From NCBI RefSeq assembly GCF_009914755.1, contig NC_060928.1: a DNA stretch of 64,000 nucleotides; one strand, given 5' to 3'. Under the pieces are notes generated by a model. The model made no database searches, was not told the DNA's origin, and worked only from the letters and a program-made list of their open reading frames with translations. Position numbers and translations under genes: made by a program. The stretch is from the human T2T-CHM13v2.0 reference genome, Homo sapiens. How positions within the stretch are numbered: the stretch's first letter is position 1; every line of letters starts with the position of its first letter. Below, one piece after another: positions 1 through 13,019 of the stretch.

Positions 1-59
1 ATTTTTGGTAGAATAACTCTTGAAAGAGTTGTTTTTAACTTGTGTTTTTGATTCCTCTC

Positions 60-1360
60 CTGCCACTCTCAAGCACACTCCAGTCTGACTTTCCCCATAG
101 TCACCATTCCAGCAAGAGCGTTCTTGTCAAAGTTGCGGTAGTGCCCCACTCATTCCCTTCAGATCTTAACCATCCACTGTGCTCCAGCTCAACTTGAAAA
201 GTACGAGGATCAGTATCGCTGCCTGAGAGCTCTTTCCAGATTCTCAGAAAGTCACATTCATGCAAGGAAAGAGCTGTAAATATCACGGAATTAACACCGC
301 CCACACCCTTCCCCAGCAGTGCCAACTAAATTCGTCAATATAAAATACCACCTCTCCCTTGCTCTTTGTGTGGAACAACTCTGAATTGTGTTTTATGCCA
401 TTTCTTAGAGTCTTGTAGGAATAAGCTCCAGTTGTCAACTATGGCTTAATGACATACACTTATGGGCTGCCTTCCTTATATCATTTTTTGAATCTACTAT
501 TGCTGTTCCTACACCTCTCAAACAAGCTCCTTCCTCTCAAATTCTTGTTTAGAATCTGCTGCTATGGGAACCAAAATGAACTCAGTTGCCACTGACCTCC
601 ACATCATTAAACCGAATGATCAATTAGTTTCCTTTTTATTGGAGCTTTCAGTAGATCTGACACGTAGTTCTCTCCCCTCTCCTGGAAACATTTTCTATTC
701 TTGATTCTAGCTCAACACATCTGTAATTTTTTTTTTCCTGAATCACAGGTCATTCCTTCTCAATCTCTTTTCTTAGTTACGCTTCTTTTCTGCACTTTTA
801 CATTTGAAGTGCTGCAGGTTAGTCAGTCCTTGTTCTCTTCCACTCTCTATCAGTGACTCTCTGGCTTTATATATAACCTCTATGTTAATGACCCATAAAT
901 TCGTATATCTAACACAAGTTCCTCTTCTGAACTTCATATCATATCTAAGTACTTAACATTTCCACCTTGATGTCCAATAGTCATCTGAAACTCAACATGT
1001 TCAGACAGAACTCCTTTTCTTGGCCTTATCTCAAACCTGCTCCATTCACTAGCTCATTTAACAGTAAAACCATCCTTCCAGCTGTCCAGTCCAAAGAAAC
1101 TTGGATTTATTCTTGATTCTTCTATTTTTCTCAGCAAATCTTGCATTTAGCTTAAAAACATAATCAGGATCCAAAATTTCTTAACACCTCTACTGCTGTC
1201 ATGATTCAGGTCATCAACATTTCTCACCTGGATTACTTCCATAGCTTCTTAACAAGTCTTCTGGCTTCTACTGTTGACCCTCGATAGTCTGCTGTCAATG
1301 TAGAAGTTGGAGAGATATTTCAAGAACATGTATCTTATCATTTCACTCTTTTGCTCAAAA
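60..1360 (+). mobile_element. L2 (LINE-2) ORF2/3' fragment, split by an LTR at 137-584
   Basis: Degenerate match to recalled L2 RT region (ccagtctgactt...cttgtcaaagttgc / cactgacctccacatc...tcagtagatctgacac...ctctcctggaaacattttct; later ctcaacatgttcagacagaactc and cacctggattact). Confidence 0.7.
137..584 (+). mobile_element. LTR16-like ERVL solo LTR inserted in L2
   Basis: 3' end resembles LTR16 (cacctctcaaacaagctcc...ctcaaattcttg...tctgctgctatgggaaccaaaatgaactca); 5-bp direct repeat gttgc at 132-136 and 585-589. Confidence 0.55.
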
Positions 1361-1365
1361 CTATG

Positions 1366-1847
1366 TGTGATGTTTAATTTTATGTGTCGACTAGACTGGG
1401 CTAAGGGATACTCAGGCAGTTAAACACTATTTCTGGGTGTCAGTGAGGGTCTTTTCAGAAGAAATTAGCATTTGAAGCAGTAGACTTATTAATGAAGATC
1501 TGCCCCTATCTATGTGGGTGGACATCATCCAGTCCACCGAGGGCCCAAGTAGAACAAGCATGTGGAGAATGAGGACATCCATCTTTTTCTGCCCTCAGAC
1601 ATTGATGGTCCTTGTTCTCAGGTCGCTGGGCATGGTTAGGGACATACATCATTGTTGTCCCACCACCTCTGAGGTTCTTAGATCTTTGAACTATGATTAA
1701 ATTACACCACCAACTTCCCTCATTTTCTAGCATGCAGATAACAGACTGTGGGACCTTTCAGCCTCTATAATTGTATGAGCCAATTCTCATAATAAATAAA
1801 TGTGTAACATACTGGTTTAGTTTCCCTCAAGGACCCTGAGTAATACA
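1366..1847 (+). mobile_element. MLT2-family (ERVL) solo LTR
   Basis: Starts tgtgatgtttaattttatgtgtc, ends ccctgagtaataca; TSD ctatg/ccatg. Confidence 0.85.
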
Positions 1848-1869
1848 CCATGTAAAGCCTCTCCCATGT

Positions 1870-2035
1870 CATCTAAATCTCAAAAACACTCCTAGAAAAT
1901 GAGGTGGTGTTATCCTCATCTTAAAGAAAAATAAAGGGAAGTAGAGCAACATCCTTAAGGTTACACAGCTAATAAATAGCAAAGAAAGGAATTTTGCCCC
2001 AGCTGTTTGGCTGGAATATGTGTTCCCAATTGTTA
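1870..2035 (-). mobile_element. MIR fragment
   Basis: gttatcctcatcttaaag...aaggttacacagctaataaatagc resembles the reverse MIR core. Confidence 0.55.
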
Positions 2036-2829
2036 CATTATAAAGACTTCAAATACAAAATCAAGGACATTATCTATTAAATAAAGAGACAGACTTTCTC
2101 CAAAAAGTATTTAAATTGATTTGATATGATGTCCCAAGTACTTCAGGTTCCAGAAGTTTTTAATGTGACTCTAGATGTTTTAGCAATTTCTGCCAACAAA
2201 TTAAACATTCAACAAATATATATCAATATAGAGTAAAAATTAATTAGAGGCATCAAATTGAAATATAAACGAGACATTCATCTTCACATAATTTCAGATA
2301 TGCCAGTGAAAATTCATTAAGCAGAAATGTCTAATACATAATTCTAATAATACCACACATGAGGATCACTTGGGAAAGAGCAGCTGTATTTCATAAATTC
2401 ACAGGAAACAAGTTATTGTTATTGTTGTTTAATACACAAAAATCTCAGTTCAATTTATTGTAGAATTTAAGGATTACAAATATCACAATAATCATGAACT
2501 ATGTGAGAATTTGGAATTCATGCCTTTACCTCCCTCAACTTACAGATTAATAAAAATAAATGTAAAGACATTCATTGACTTGTCCAAAATAAAACAACTG
2601 AAAATTAGCAGAGCCATGACAATGTGTTACTACAAATCTGCAGTTCAAGTATTTTTTTCATTATTACATCAAGGAATTAAAAATCTAATTGGGGAAATTA
2701 TAAAATATACCTATTCCATTCTTTGTAATGCCAATTAAAGTAGTTTGTACACTGCTTTATACCTTTTTAGGAGATAGTAAGTGCAAGGACAATACTTCAT
2801 GGGTTTTATTGGGAAGTGATTATCTAAAA

Positions 2830-3310
2830 AATTGTGTGTTTGCCTTAACATACAAAAACTAATCAATATAATTCACTATCACATTAACTGAATAAACGGG
2901 AAAAGCTAAATGTTTATCTCAATAAGTGCAGAAAAAGCATTTAATAAAATTCAAGTTTGATTAACAAACTCTCAACAAACTAGTAATAGAGGAGAACTTT
3001 CTCAATTTTACAAAGAAAATAACATACAGCTAGAATTGTGCTTAATGGTGACATATTGAACAGTATAACCATCATTTCTGGAACAAGGCAAGGGAGCTCA
3101 CTTTTATTCAATATTGAATAGATTATTTTAGCCAATGCAGTAAGATAATAAAACAAACAAATAATAAAAGACTGACCATGTCAAGTCTTGATGAAAATGT
3201 AGATTACTGGAAACATTGTATATCACTGGTGAGAGAATAGAAAAGACACCCACTTTGGGAATAAATTTATCAGCTGTTTTCTAAAGTTATCCATGCGTCT
3301 ATATTGTGAT
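2830..3310 (+). mobile_element. Old L1M fragments
   Basis: atctcaataagtgcagaaaaagcatttaataaaattcaa...actctcaacaaactag...ctggaacaaggcaaggg, L1 ORF2-like. Confidence 0.6.
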
Positions 3311-3317
3311 CCACCAA

Positions 3318-3352
3318 TTCTCTCTCTTTTCTTTTTTCTCTTTCTTTCTTTC

Positions 3353-3408
<56 letters not shown>

Positions 3409-3439
3409 TTCTTTCTTTTTCTTTCTTTCTCTTTCTTTT

Positions 3440-3489
<50 letters not shown>

Positions 3490-3561
3490 TTTCTCTTTCT
3501 TTCTTTTTCTTTCTCTTTTCTTTCTTCTTTCTTTTTTTTCTTTCTTTCCTTCTTTCTTTTA
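3318..3561. repeat. Compound (TTTC)n/CT-rich microsatellite, ~240 bp, derived from the tail of the adjacent minus-strand L1
   Basis: Directly visible; abuts the L1MA 3' end. Confidence 0.95.
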
Positions 3562-3725
3562 TCTTAATTGACTCATGATAATTGTACATACTTATGGGGT
3601 ACAATGTGATGTTTCAATACATGTAAACATTGTGTAATGATCACATTTGGGGTAATGAGCATATCCATCACCTCAAGCATTTATTATTTCTTTATAGTCC
3701 GAACATTCAAAATCTTCTCTTCTAG

Positions 3726-6700
3726 GTAAGATGGCAGACAGGAAGCAGGACTAGCTTGCAGCTACAGCTCAGATGGATAGAGCAGCATGTGAAGACTCAC
3801 ATCATGAACTTTTGCACCAGTAACTACTGCAGGAACATACCAGGAAAGCAGAAAGAATCCACAGGCGCTTTGAAGGAACTGGATCACCTCTGCAAGCTTC
3901 CTGAGATGCTGAAAAATTGTGAGTCTGCTTGCTTTCTTAATGAGGAGGCTTGTGGTCTGGGGCAGGTTCTAAGCCCTGGTCACTGGCTGCCTGGAAATAG
4001 ACTCAGTGTTATTGGGGGAAGGGGGCATGGTGAAAGTGAGACCAGCCTTTAGGACTGCAGGCTGTGTGGGAATAGAGTAAGGCCTGTGACTGCCAGCTTT
4101 CTCCCATTTCACTGGTGACCTGTATGACTCAGCAGAGGCAGCCATAATCCCCCTGGGAATGTAACTCCATTAAACTGGGAACTACACCTCCATTCCCCAC
4201 AGCAGCCACAGCAAGCCCTGCCCAAGGAGAGGCTGAGCTCAGAAATTCTTATCCCTGCCCCAACTGATGGTCTTTCTCTACCCACCCTGGTAGCTGAAGA
4301 CAAAGGTCATAATCTCTTGGGAGCTCTATGGCCCGCCCAACACCAGAGAAACCTGAATACTTAACCTGGTGTCCTTAGGGCAAGTTTGCATCCTCCCTAT
4401 AGGACCTGATATAAAGCTGATGCATTCTGAAAGCACCACCTCCTGGGTGAAGGCCAACAACACAAAACCAGTGCACTAAACAAAAACACAACCAAGGACC
4501 CTCACAGAGTCTACTTCACTCCTCTGCCACCTCCACTGGAGCAGCTGCTGGTATCTACAGCTTCAAGACCTGAAGATGGGTCACATCACAGGACTCTTTG
4601 CAGACACTCTCCAGTACCAGCCCAGTGCCCAGGAGCTCCGCTGGGTGGCCAGGCACAAAAGAGCAAAAACAATCACTATAGTTTGGCTCTCAGGATGCCC
4701 CAGTCCTAGGAGAAGGGGTAGAATAATATATCAAGGGAGCACCCTGTGGGACAAAAGAATGTAAACAGCAGCCCTTGAATCCCAGATCTTCCCTCAGACA
4801 TAATCTACCCAAATAAGAACGAACCAGAAAAACAATTCTGGTAATATGACAAAACGTGGTTCTTCTTCCCCCAAAAGATCATACCAGCTCACCACAATGG
4901 ATCCAAACCGAGATGAAATTTCTGAATTGCCAGAAGAAGAATTCAAATGGTTGATTATTAAGCTAATCAAGGAGGCACCAGAGAAAGGTGAAGTCCAACT
5001 TAAAGAAATAAAAAACATGATACAAGATATGAAAGGAAAATTCTTCAGTGAAATAAAGAGCATAAATAAAAAACAATCACAACTTCTGGAAATCAAGGAC
5101 ACACTCATAGTGTTCCTGGACCAAACTGACGGCTGGGCTGCTCTTTCTTGTGGCCCAATATCAAGATGCAGATGAACTGGGGAGGAAGAGAGTTTTTAGT
5201 TTTGTAACTGCTTACAGGGAGAAAGCCTGGAAATTATTGCCAGACCAACCTAAAATTACAAAGTTTTCCAGAGCTTACATACCTTCTAAGCTATACGTTT
5301 ACATGCAAGTGTGCATTTATCTAAAGACATAAGTGATTAACTTAATCTATAACTAAGGTCTGAGTCCTGAAGACCTTCCTCTGAAGCCTCAGTAAATTTA
5401 TCTCATTTAAGTTGGTTCAGATGCTGGGCTGATTACCCTTATTTTGTGTCTTGCTAAATCACAGAGGTTTGAACAGTTCCTTTAGATTCCCAATAAACTT
5501 GTTTGTGGAGGCCTGGGGAGTTTCTTCAGACTGACAGTACAACTTGTTTAATCCTAAATGGGTTCTGTTAAGAATTCCTTTTTTATTTTGTCGTGGTTTA
5601 AGGCCCAGGAAAGGCCTAGGCAGAATTCTTGGTGGACTTTTGTTACATCCCAGCCTTTGTATAAGGGCACTGACTTTTAATATTTAACTTAACCGTTTAG
5701 TCAGTACTGAAACAGTTGTGAGTGAGATCTGGACTGCCACAAGAGAAATGCAAAATGCACTGGAAAGTCTCAGCAATAGACGCAAACAAGCAGAATAAAG
5801 AACTTCGAGCTCAAAGACAAGGCTTTTGAATTAACCCAACCCATCAAAGACAAGGAAAAAAGAATTTAAAAAATGATCAAAGCCTCCAAGAAGTTTGGGA
5901 TGATGTTAAATGTCCAAACTTAATAATAATTGGTATTCCCAAGGAAGAAGAGAGAGCTAAAAGTTTGGAAAATCTATTTGAGGGAATAATTGGGGAAAAG
6001 TTCCCCAGCCTTGCTAGAGATCTAGACATCCAAATACAAAAAGCTCGAAGAACACCTGGAAATTCATCACAAAAAGATCATTGCCTAGGCATGTAGTCAT
6101 CAGGTCATCTAAAATCAAGATAAAGGAAAGAATTTTAAGAGCTGTTAGGCAAAAGCATCAGGTAACCTATAAAGGAAAATCTATCAAATTAACAGCAGAT
6201 TTTTCAGAAGAAACCCTACAAGATAGAAGGGATTGGGGTCCTATTTTTAGCTTCCTTAGAAAAAAAGATTATCAGCCAAGAATTTTGTATCCAGGGAAAC
6301 TAAGCTTCATAAATAAAGGAAAGATAGAGTATTTTTCAGAAAACAAATGCTGAGAGAATTCACCACTACCAAGCCAGCACTATAAGAATGCTATTTATAA
6401 AAGGAGCCCTAAATTTTGAAATAAATTTTTGAAATACACCAAAATAGAACCTCCTTCAAGCATGAATCTCACAGGACCTGTGTAACAATAATACAATGGA
6501 AAAAACACAGGATATTCAGGCAACAAATAGTATGATGAATAGAATAGTACCTCACATCTCAATACTAACATTGAATGTAAATGGCCTAAATGCTCCACTT
6601 AAAAGACGCTGAATGGCAGAATGGATAAGAATTCACTGACCAAGTTTCTGCAGACTTACCTAACACATAAAGACTCACATAAACTTAAGATAAAGGGGTG

Positions 6701-8447
6701 GAAAAAAATATTCCATGCAAATGGGCACCAAAAGAGAGCAGGAGTAGCTATTCTTATGTAAGAAAGAAGAAACTTTAAAGTAACAGCAGTTAAAAAAGAC
6801 AAAGACGAACATTATATAATGACAAAAGGACTAGTCCAACAGGAAAATATCACAATTCTAAATATACATGCACCTAACACTGGAGCTCCCACATTTATAA
6901 AACAATTACTACTAGACCTAAGAAATGAGATAGATGAGAACACAATAATAGTGGGGAACTTTAATACTCCACTGAGAGCACTAGATAGGTCATTAAGACA
7001 GAAAGTCAACAAAGAAACAATGGACTTAAACTATACCCTACAACAAATGGACTTAACAGATATTTACAGAACATTCTACCCAACAACTGCAGAATATACA
7101 TTCTCTTCATCAGCACATGGAACATGCTCCAAGATAGACCAAGAAAAGTGGAGAGAAGATCCAAATAAGCTCAATTAGAAACGAAATGAGAGATATTACA
7201 ATGGATGCCACAGAAATACTAAAGGTCATTTAAGGCTACTACAAACACCTTTATGCACATAAACTAGAAAACCTAGAGAAGATGGATACGTTCCTGGAAA
7301 TATACAACCCTGCTAGATTAAACCAGGGAGATACACAATGTCTGAATAGACCAATAACAAGCACCAAGAAGGAAATGGTAATAAAAAATATGCCAATAAA
7401 AAAGTACAAGACTAGACAGATTCACAACTGAATTCTATCAGATATTCAAAGAAGAATTGGCACCAATCCTATTGACATTATTTCAAAAGATAGAAGATCC
7501 TCCCTAAAATAAGCAGAAATAATTCTGTGAAGCCAGTATCACCCTAATACCAAAACCATGGAAGAATATAAGAAAAAAAGAAAACCACAGACCAATATCC
7601 CTGATGAACATAGATGCAAAAATCCTCAACAAAATACTAGCAAACTGAATCCAAAAGCATGTCAAAAAGATAACCCACCATGATTAAGTGGGTTTCATAC
7701 CAGGGATGCAGGGGTGATTTAGCATATGTAAGTCAGTAAATGTGATATACCACATAAACAATTAAAAAAACACATGATCATCTCAATAGATGCAGGAAAA
7801 AAAAAAACATTTGACAAAATCCAGCATCTGTTTATGATTAAAACCCTCAACAAAATTGGTATAGAAGGAACATAACTTAGGTAATAAAAGCCATCTATAA
7901 CAAACCCAAGCCAACATTATACTGAACAGAAATAGTTGAAAACATTCTCTCTGAGAACTGGAACAAGACAAGGATTCCCAACTCTCACCACTTCTGTTCA
8001 ACATAGTACTGGAAGTCCTAGCCAGAGCAATCAGACAAGAGAAAAAAATAAAGGGCATCCAAATCAGAAAAGAGGAAGTCAAACTGTCACTGTTTGTTGA
8101 TGATATGATCGTATACCTAGAAAACTCTAAAGACTCATCCAAAAAGCTCCTAGCACTGGTAAATGAATTCAGCAAAGTTTCAGGATACAAAATTAAGTAC
8201 ACAAATCAATAGTTCTCCTATACACCAACAGCAACCAACCTGAGAATCAAATTAAGAACTCAACCCCTTTTACAATGGCCACAAAAATATTATAATACTC
8301 AGAAATATACCTAACCAAGGACATGGAAAACCTCTACAAGGAAAACTAAAAAATGCTGCTGAAGGAAATCAGAGACAATACAAACAAATAGAAACACATC
8401 CAATGCTCATGGATGGGTATAGTCAATATTGTGAAAATGACCATACT
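3726..8447 (+). mobile_element. L1PB element: 5' UTR, ORF1 and partial ORF2 remnants; 3' end missing
   Basis: Starts aagatggcagacaggaagcaggactag; ORF1-like peptides (4846-5108 ELPEEEFKWLIIKLIKE; 6081-6353 RILRAVRQKHQVTYKGK); endonuclease remnant 6819-7140 (ITILNIHAPNTGAP...SKID); many stops and frameshifts. Confidence 0.92.
5111..5741 (-). mobile_element. ERV1-class solo LTR (PABL_A/B-like) inserted in L1PB ORF1
   Basis: TG...CA termini; reverse strand begins tgtggcagtccagatctcactc...caactgtttcagtactgact...gttaagttaaatattaaaag; 4-bp TSD atag/agag; L1 ORF1 resumes after it. Family name from recall. Confidence 0.7.
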
Positions 8448-11400
8448 TTAGATATATACTCAGTTACAGGATTGCTGGATCCTTTGGTAGTTCTATGTTT
8501 GATTTTTTGAGGAACCACCATACAGTTTTCTATCATGGTTGTACTAACTTATGTTTCTACCAACAGAATACCAAAGGTTTCTATTTCTCCAGATACTCGC
8601 CGACTTGTTATCTTTCTGATACTAGTCATTTTAACTTCAGTAAGATGATATCTCGTGGTTTTGATTTGAATTTCTCTGATGATTAGTGATGTTGAGCATT
8701 TTCTCATACATCTGTGGGCCGTTGTATGTCTTATCTTGAGTAGTGTCTATTTAGGTCTTTTGCCCATTTTTAAAATTGAATTACTTGTACTCACTATTTT
8801 TCTGTTCAGCTTTTCTATTTCTTCATCATTCAATCTTGGTAGGTTGTATTTACCTAGAAATTAATTCATGTATTCTAGGTTTTACAGTCTGTTGCGGTAT
8901 AGCATAAATACTAAAAAGATCCTTTGTATTTCTGTGGTGTCATTCTATAGTAATGTTTCCTTTTCACCCCTGATTTTATTTATTTAGGTTTTCTCTATTT
9001 TTTTTCTTAGTCTAGCTAAAGTTTTGACAATTTTGTTAATCCTTTCAAAAAATCAACTTTTTGTTTCATTGACCTTTTATAATTTTTTAGTCTTAATTTT
9101 AATTATTTCTTCTCTAATCTTTATTTTTTCCTTCTATTAATTTTAAGTTTGGTTTATTCTTGCTTTTCTAGTTCTTTGAGGTGCATTGTTAGGTTGCTTG
9201 CCTGAAGTCTTTCCTTTTTTGATGTAAATGTTCATTACTATAATTTTCCCCTTAGTACTCTTTTTGCTGTATCCTATAGATGTTGTTTCTATATTCATTT
9301 GTTTGAGCAAAATGTTTAATTTTATTTTCTTACTTTCTTAATTGATCTATTGGCCATTTGGAGCATGTTTTTAAATTTCCCACGTATTAGTACAGTTTTC
9401 AAAGTTTCTCTTGTTATTGATTTCTAGTTTTATTCTATTGTGGTAACTAAAGATATCTGATATTATTTCAACTTTTTTGAATTTGTTGAGTCTTGTTTTG
9501 TGGCCTAATATATGTTCTACCTTTGAACATGTTTCATATGCTGATTAGAAAAATGTGTATTCTGCAGCAGTTGGATGAAATGGTCTGTAAATGTTAGGTC
9601 TAGTTGGTCTAGCATAGTTTAACTTCAGTGTTTCTTTGTTGATTTTCTGCATAGATCGGTCCATTGCTGAAAGTGGGTGTTAAAGTCCTCTACTGTTATT
9701 TTATTGTAATCTATCTTTTCTTTTAGAACTATTAATATTTGCTTTATATATTTGGGTGCTTTGGTATTGGGTGCTTATATATTTACTACTCTTATATCCT
9801 TTTGCTGAAATGACTCTGTTATCATTATATAATGACCTTCTGTGTCTCCTTTTACAGCTTGTGACTTATAGTCTATTTCATGTGATATAAGTATGAATAT
9901 TCCTGCTATTTTTGGCTTCCGTTTGTGTAAGATATCTTTTCCCATACTTTCACTTTTAGTTTATGTGTGTTTTTATAGGTGAAGTAAGTTTCTTGTAGGC
10001 AGTATATAGTTGGGTCTTGCTTTTTAATCTATTCAGCCACTCTGTTTGTTAATGAAAGAATGCAGCCCATTTGCACGCAACAATATTATTGATAGGTAAA
10101 GACTTACTACTGCCATTTTGGTTACTTGTTTTTTAGTTGTTTTGTGACTCCTTTCCTCCTTCTTCCTTTTTTACCATAGTCCTTTGTGGTTAAGTGATTT
10201 TCTCTGGTAGTCTATTTTAAGTTGTTGTTTTTTGTTTTTACTGTGTCTATTATAGATTTTTGCTTTGTGGTAACCATGAGGTATACTAAAACACTTCGTT
10301 ATAACAAGGTATTTAAAACTGACGTGAACATTTATTACAAAAAAAGAGAAACATAAACACAAATAAATTTTTTATGTATTAACACCTTTCTTACTCCACA
10401 TTTTGAATTTTGGATGCCATAATTTGCATTTTTATAATATTTCTGATCTCTTAACAAATTTTTGCAGCTATTATTTTTTAATAGTTTTATCTTTTAGTCT
10501 TCTTAATATAGATATAAGTGTTTTACACACCTCAATTACAATGTTAGTGTAACAATCATGGTAGTGTCCTCTTCTTTTGATTTGTAGAACTCCCTGTAAC
10601 ATTTCTTATAGGACGAGTCTGGTTACAATAAAATTTCTCAGCTTTTGTTTGTCTGTGAGCATTTTTATCTTGCCCTCATTTATGAAACATAGCTTTGCAA
10701 AATAGAATATTATTGGTTGGCAGGTTTCTTCCTGCAGCACTCTAATATTGCCCTACTCTCTCCTGTCCTGTAAGGTTTTTGCTGAGAATTCTGTTGCCAG
10801 GCATATGGGATCTCCCTTAGATAGTAATTGTTACTTTTCTCTCACTGCTCTCAGGATGCTCTTTTGTCTTTGAACTTTGAGAGTTTTATTATAATATGTC
10901 TTGAGGTATTCTTATTTGGGTTGAATCTGATTGGTGACCTCTAACTTTCCTCTACCTGAATATTTATATTTTTCTTCAGGTTTGAAATGTTTTCTGTTAT
11001 TATTTATTTGAATAAACTTTTTATCCCTTTGTCTTTCAGTTTCTTCTTTTACTGTAATAACCTAAATATTTGCCCTTTTGATGTTGCCACAAATATCCTG
11101 TAAGCTTTCTTTGTTGCTTTTTCTTTTTTCTCCTCTGAGTGTCCATTTTAAAATATTGTGTGTTTGATCTCACTAATTCATTCTTCTGTTTCATCAATTC
11201 TGCTGTTGATGCTCTTTATTGCATTTTTAATTTCATTAATTCTATTTTTCTGCTCCAGGATTTGTTTGATTTCTAATAAATTATTTCTATTTTTCTGTTA
11301 AATTTATCCGATAAATTTCTGAATTAATTATCTGTTTTCTTGAAGTTCATTGAACTTCCTTAAAAACCACTATTTTGAATTCTTTGTGTAAGAGATCACA

Positions 11401-13019
11401 TGTCTCCATCACTTTAGGACTGGTCTCTCAATCTTATTTTTTGGTGAGTCATATTTGGTGAGTCATATTTCACTGAATATTCCTGATGCTTATGGATGGG
11501 CAATGATATATGTGCACTGAGGGATTAGGTATTTATTTTAGTTTTTTTCAGCCTGGCTTTTTACTGAAAGCCAAAGAAGGTAACATGCTTATAGCCCCTC
11601 ATAACAATCCCTGGAGGCCCTCCAGATTGACTGTTGAGTCCTGTGATCCTGTGACCATTGCAGTTATCACAGCACTAGAAAATGCTCTAAGCCCGGGCTT
11701 GCCACGAATCACATGGGGACTCTGAGGTAGACGCGGCTTTTCAGCCCAGACATACCTAGGGAAGACCCAAAAAGGATACTGGTGCTATGTGAGAGTACTG
11801 GCCAGAAACTTAAGTCCAGAAGACTATCCCAGTGGCTCAGACAGGTGTGCCTCCCAGCAGGTCTATGGACAGGTGGGATGTGTCCCTCCCTGCTATAATG
11901 AGAAGGTTTGGAGTTGAGACCAGGCCCCCAAAGGATCTGTTGTAAAAAAGAGGTTGCAGTGCTTATTTCATTGACTTAGACAGGGACGCATCTCCCAGCA
12001 GATCTCAGCATAGCTGAAAAAGTTCTCTGATTCTAGTGAGAAGGGCCAGAGATGAGACTGGGCCCTCTCAGGATCTGCTCTCTCAAAAGGGCCTTCCAAG
12101 GTCTTGGGCTCAACTGGGGTTTTTATAAACTCCCTTCTAAACCCTGAGGCTCCAGCAGAGAGAAGTTTGACTATGGATGGGTGCAGAATTCTTGTTATGG
12201 GGGGCTATGAACAGGTTATCTTCTCATTCCACCATCTTGGTGACATCATCTCATTTTCTTTAAATGAACAGTTTGAGAATGCATTTGCCATACTACCTTA
12301 TCTAAAGTATTATAGTTACTATTTTAAAGTAAATATTTATTGCAAATAATAATTTAATCTCACTGAAAAACATCTGTAAATAACTGTTCAAGTGTCTGTA
12401 GCTCTGAAGACCTGTGAATGAGAGTTGGGAGCCAAATTTTTAAAGAAGCATGAGAGTTAAACATTGTTAGTGCCTATCCAAGCAGTCTCCAGAGTTGGAG
12501 AAGCATTAGTTAACAGGCTTTAAGTTATTCTGATCCCAATATTGCGTTGATCCTATTCATTTGATTTGTCAGCTAGTCTCCTTTGTTGATTCTGTGCTTG
12601 AAAAACAATTTTCCAATTCAGTTTTGTTTCCCCCTTTTAAGTCTACTAATTGAGAAAAAAAATGCACTTGTCTTATAAGTACAGTGACTTCATTTCATAT
12701 GAATACTATATTACACTTTATACATTGATAAACAGGGTAACAGAATCAATATATCAGTTTTGAGTGTTCAATTAATAGGAGCCTGACACTGAGAGATGGA
12801 TCCAAATCACTACATAGTCTCACTAAAGTAATAAATGGCCATGAGAGGCCCACTGGGAGCTATCTAACCTAATATTTTGCTCAGTGCCTGAAAGGTACTT
12901 TATTTTTAATAGTCATAGCATTTCAGTACAGTAAGTGCTATGTCTTAATTTCTCACCTCTAAAATGAGGATAATAATCTTTATATGCCTATATTGTCTTT
13001 CTAATACTTTGCTTGGCAA

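Larger units (their letters stand above)
3562..12252 (-). mobile_element. Decayed, near full-span L1MA-type element with internal deletions, interrupted by an L1PB at 3726-8447
   Basis: 3' UTR at 3562-3725 (ataattgtacatacttatggggtacaatgtgatg), resumes 8448 (tttagatatatactcag...ggattgctggatc), ORF2/ORF1-like antisense sequence to ~11500, 5' end motif ccaccatcttggtgacatc at ~12229-12247. Confidence 0.8.

Noticed and set aside
3293-3604. Phe/Ser-rich and Lys/Arg/Glu-rich ORFs
   Set aside because: Translations of the (TTTC)n microsatellite.
4846-8202. ORFs resembling L1 ORF1p and endonuclease/RT
   Set aside because: Fragments of a dead L1PB with stops, a deletion and an LTR insertion; not functional CDS.
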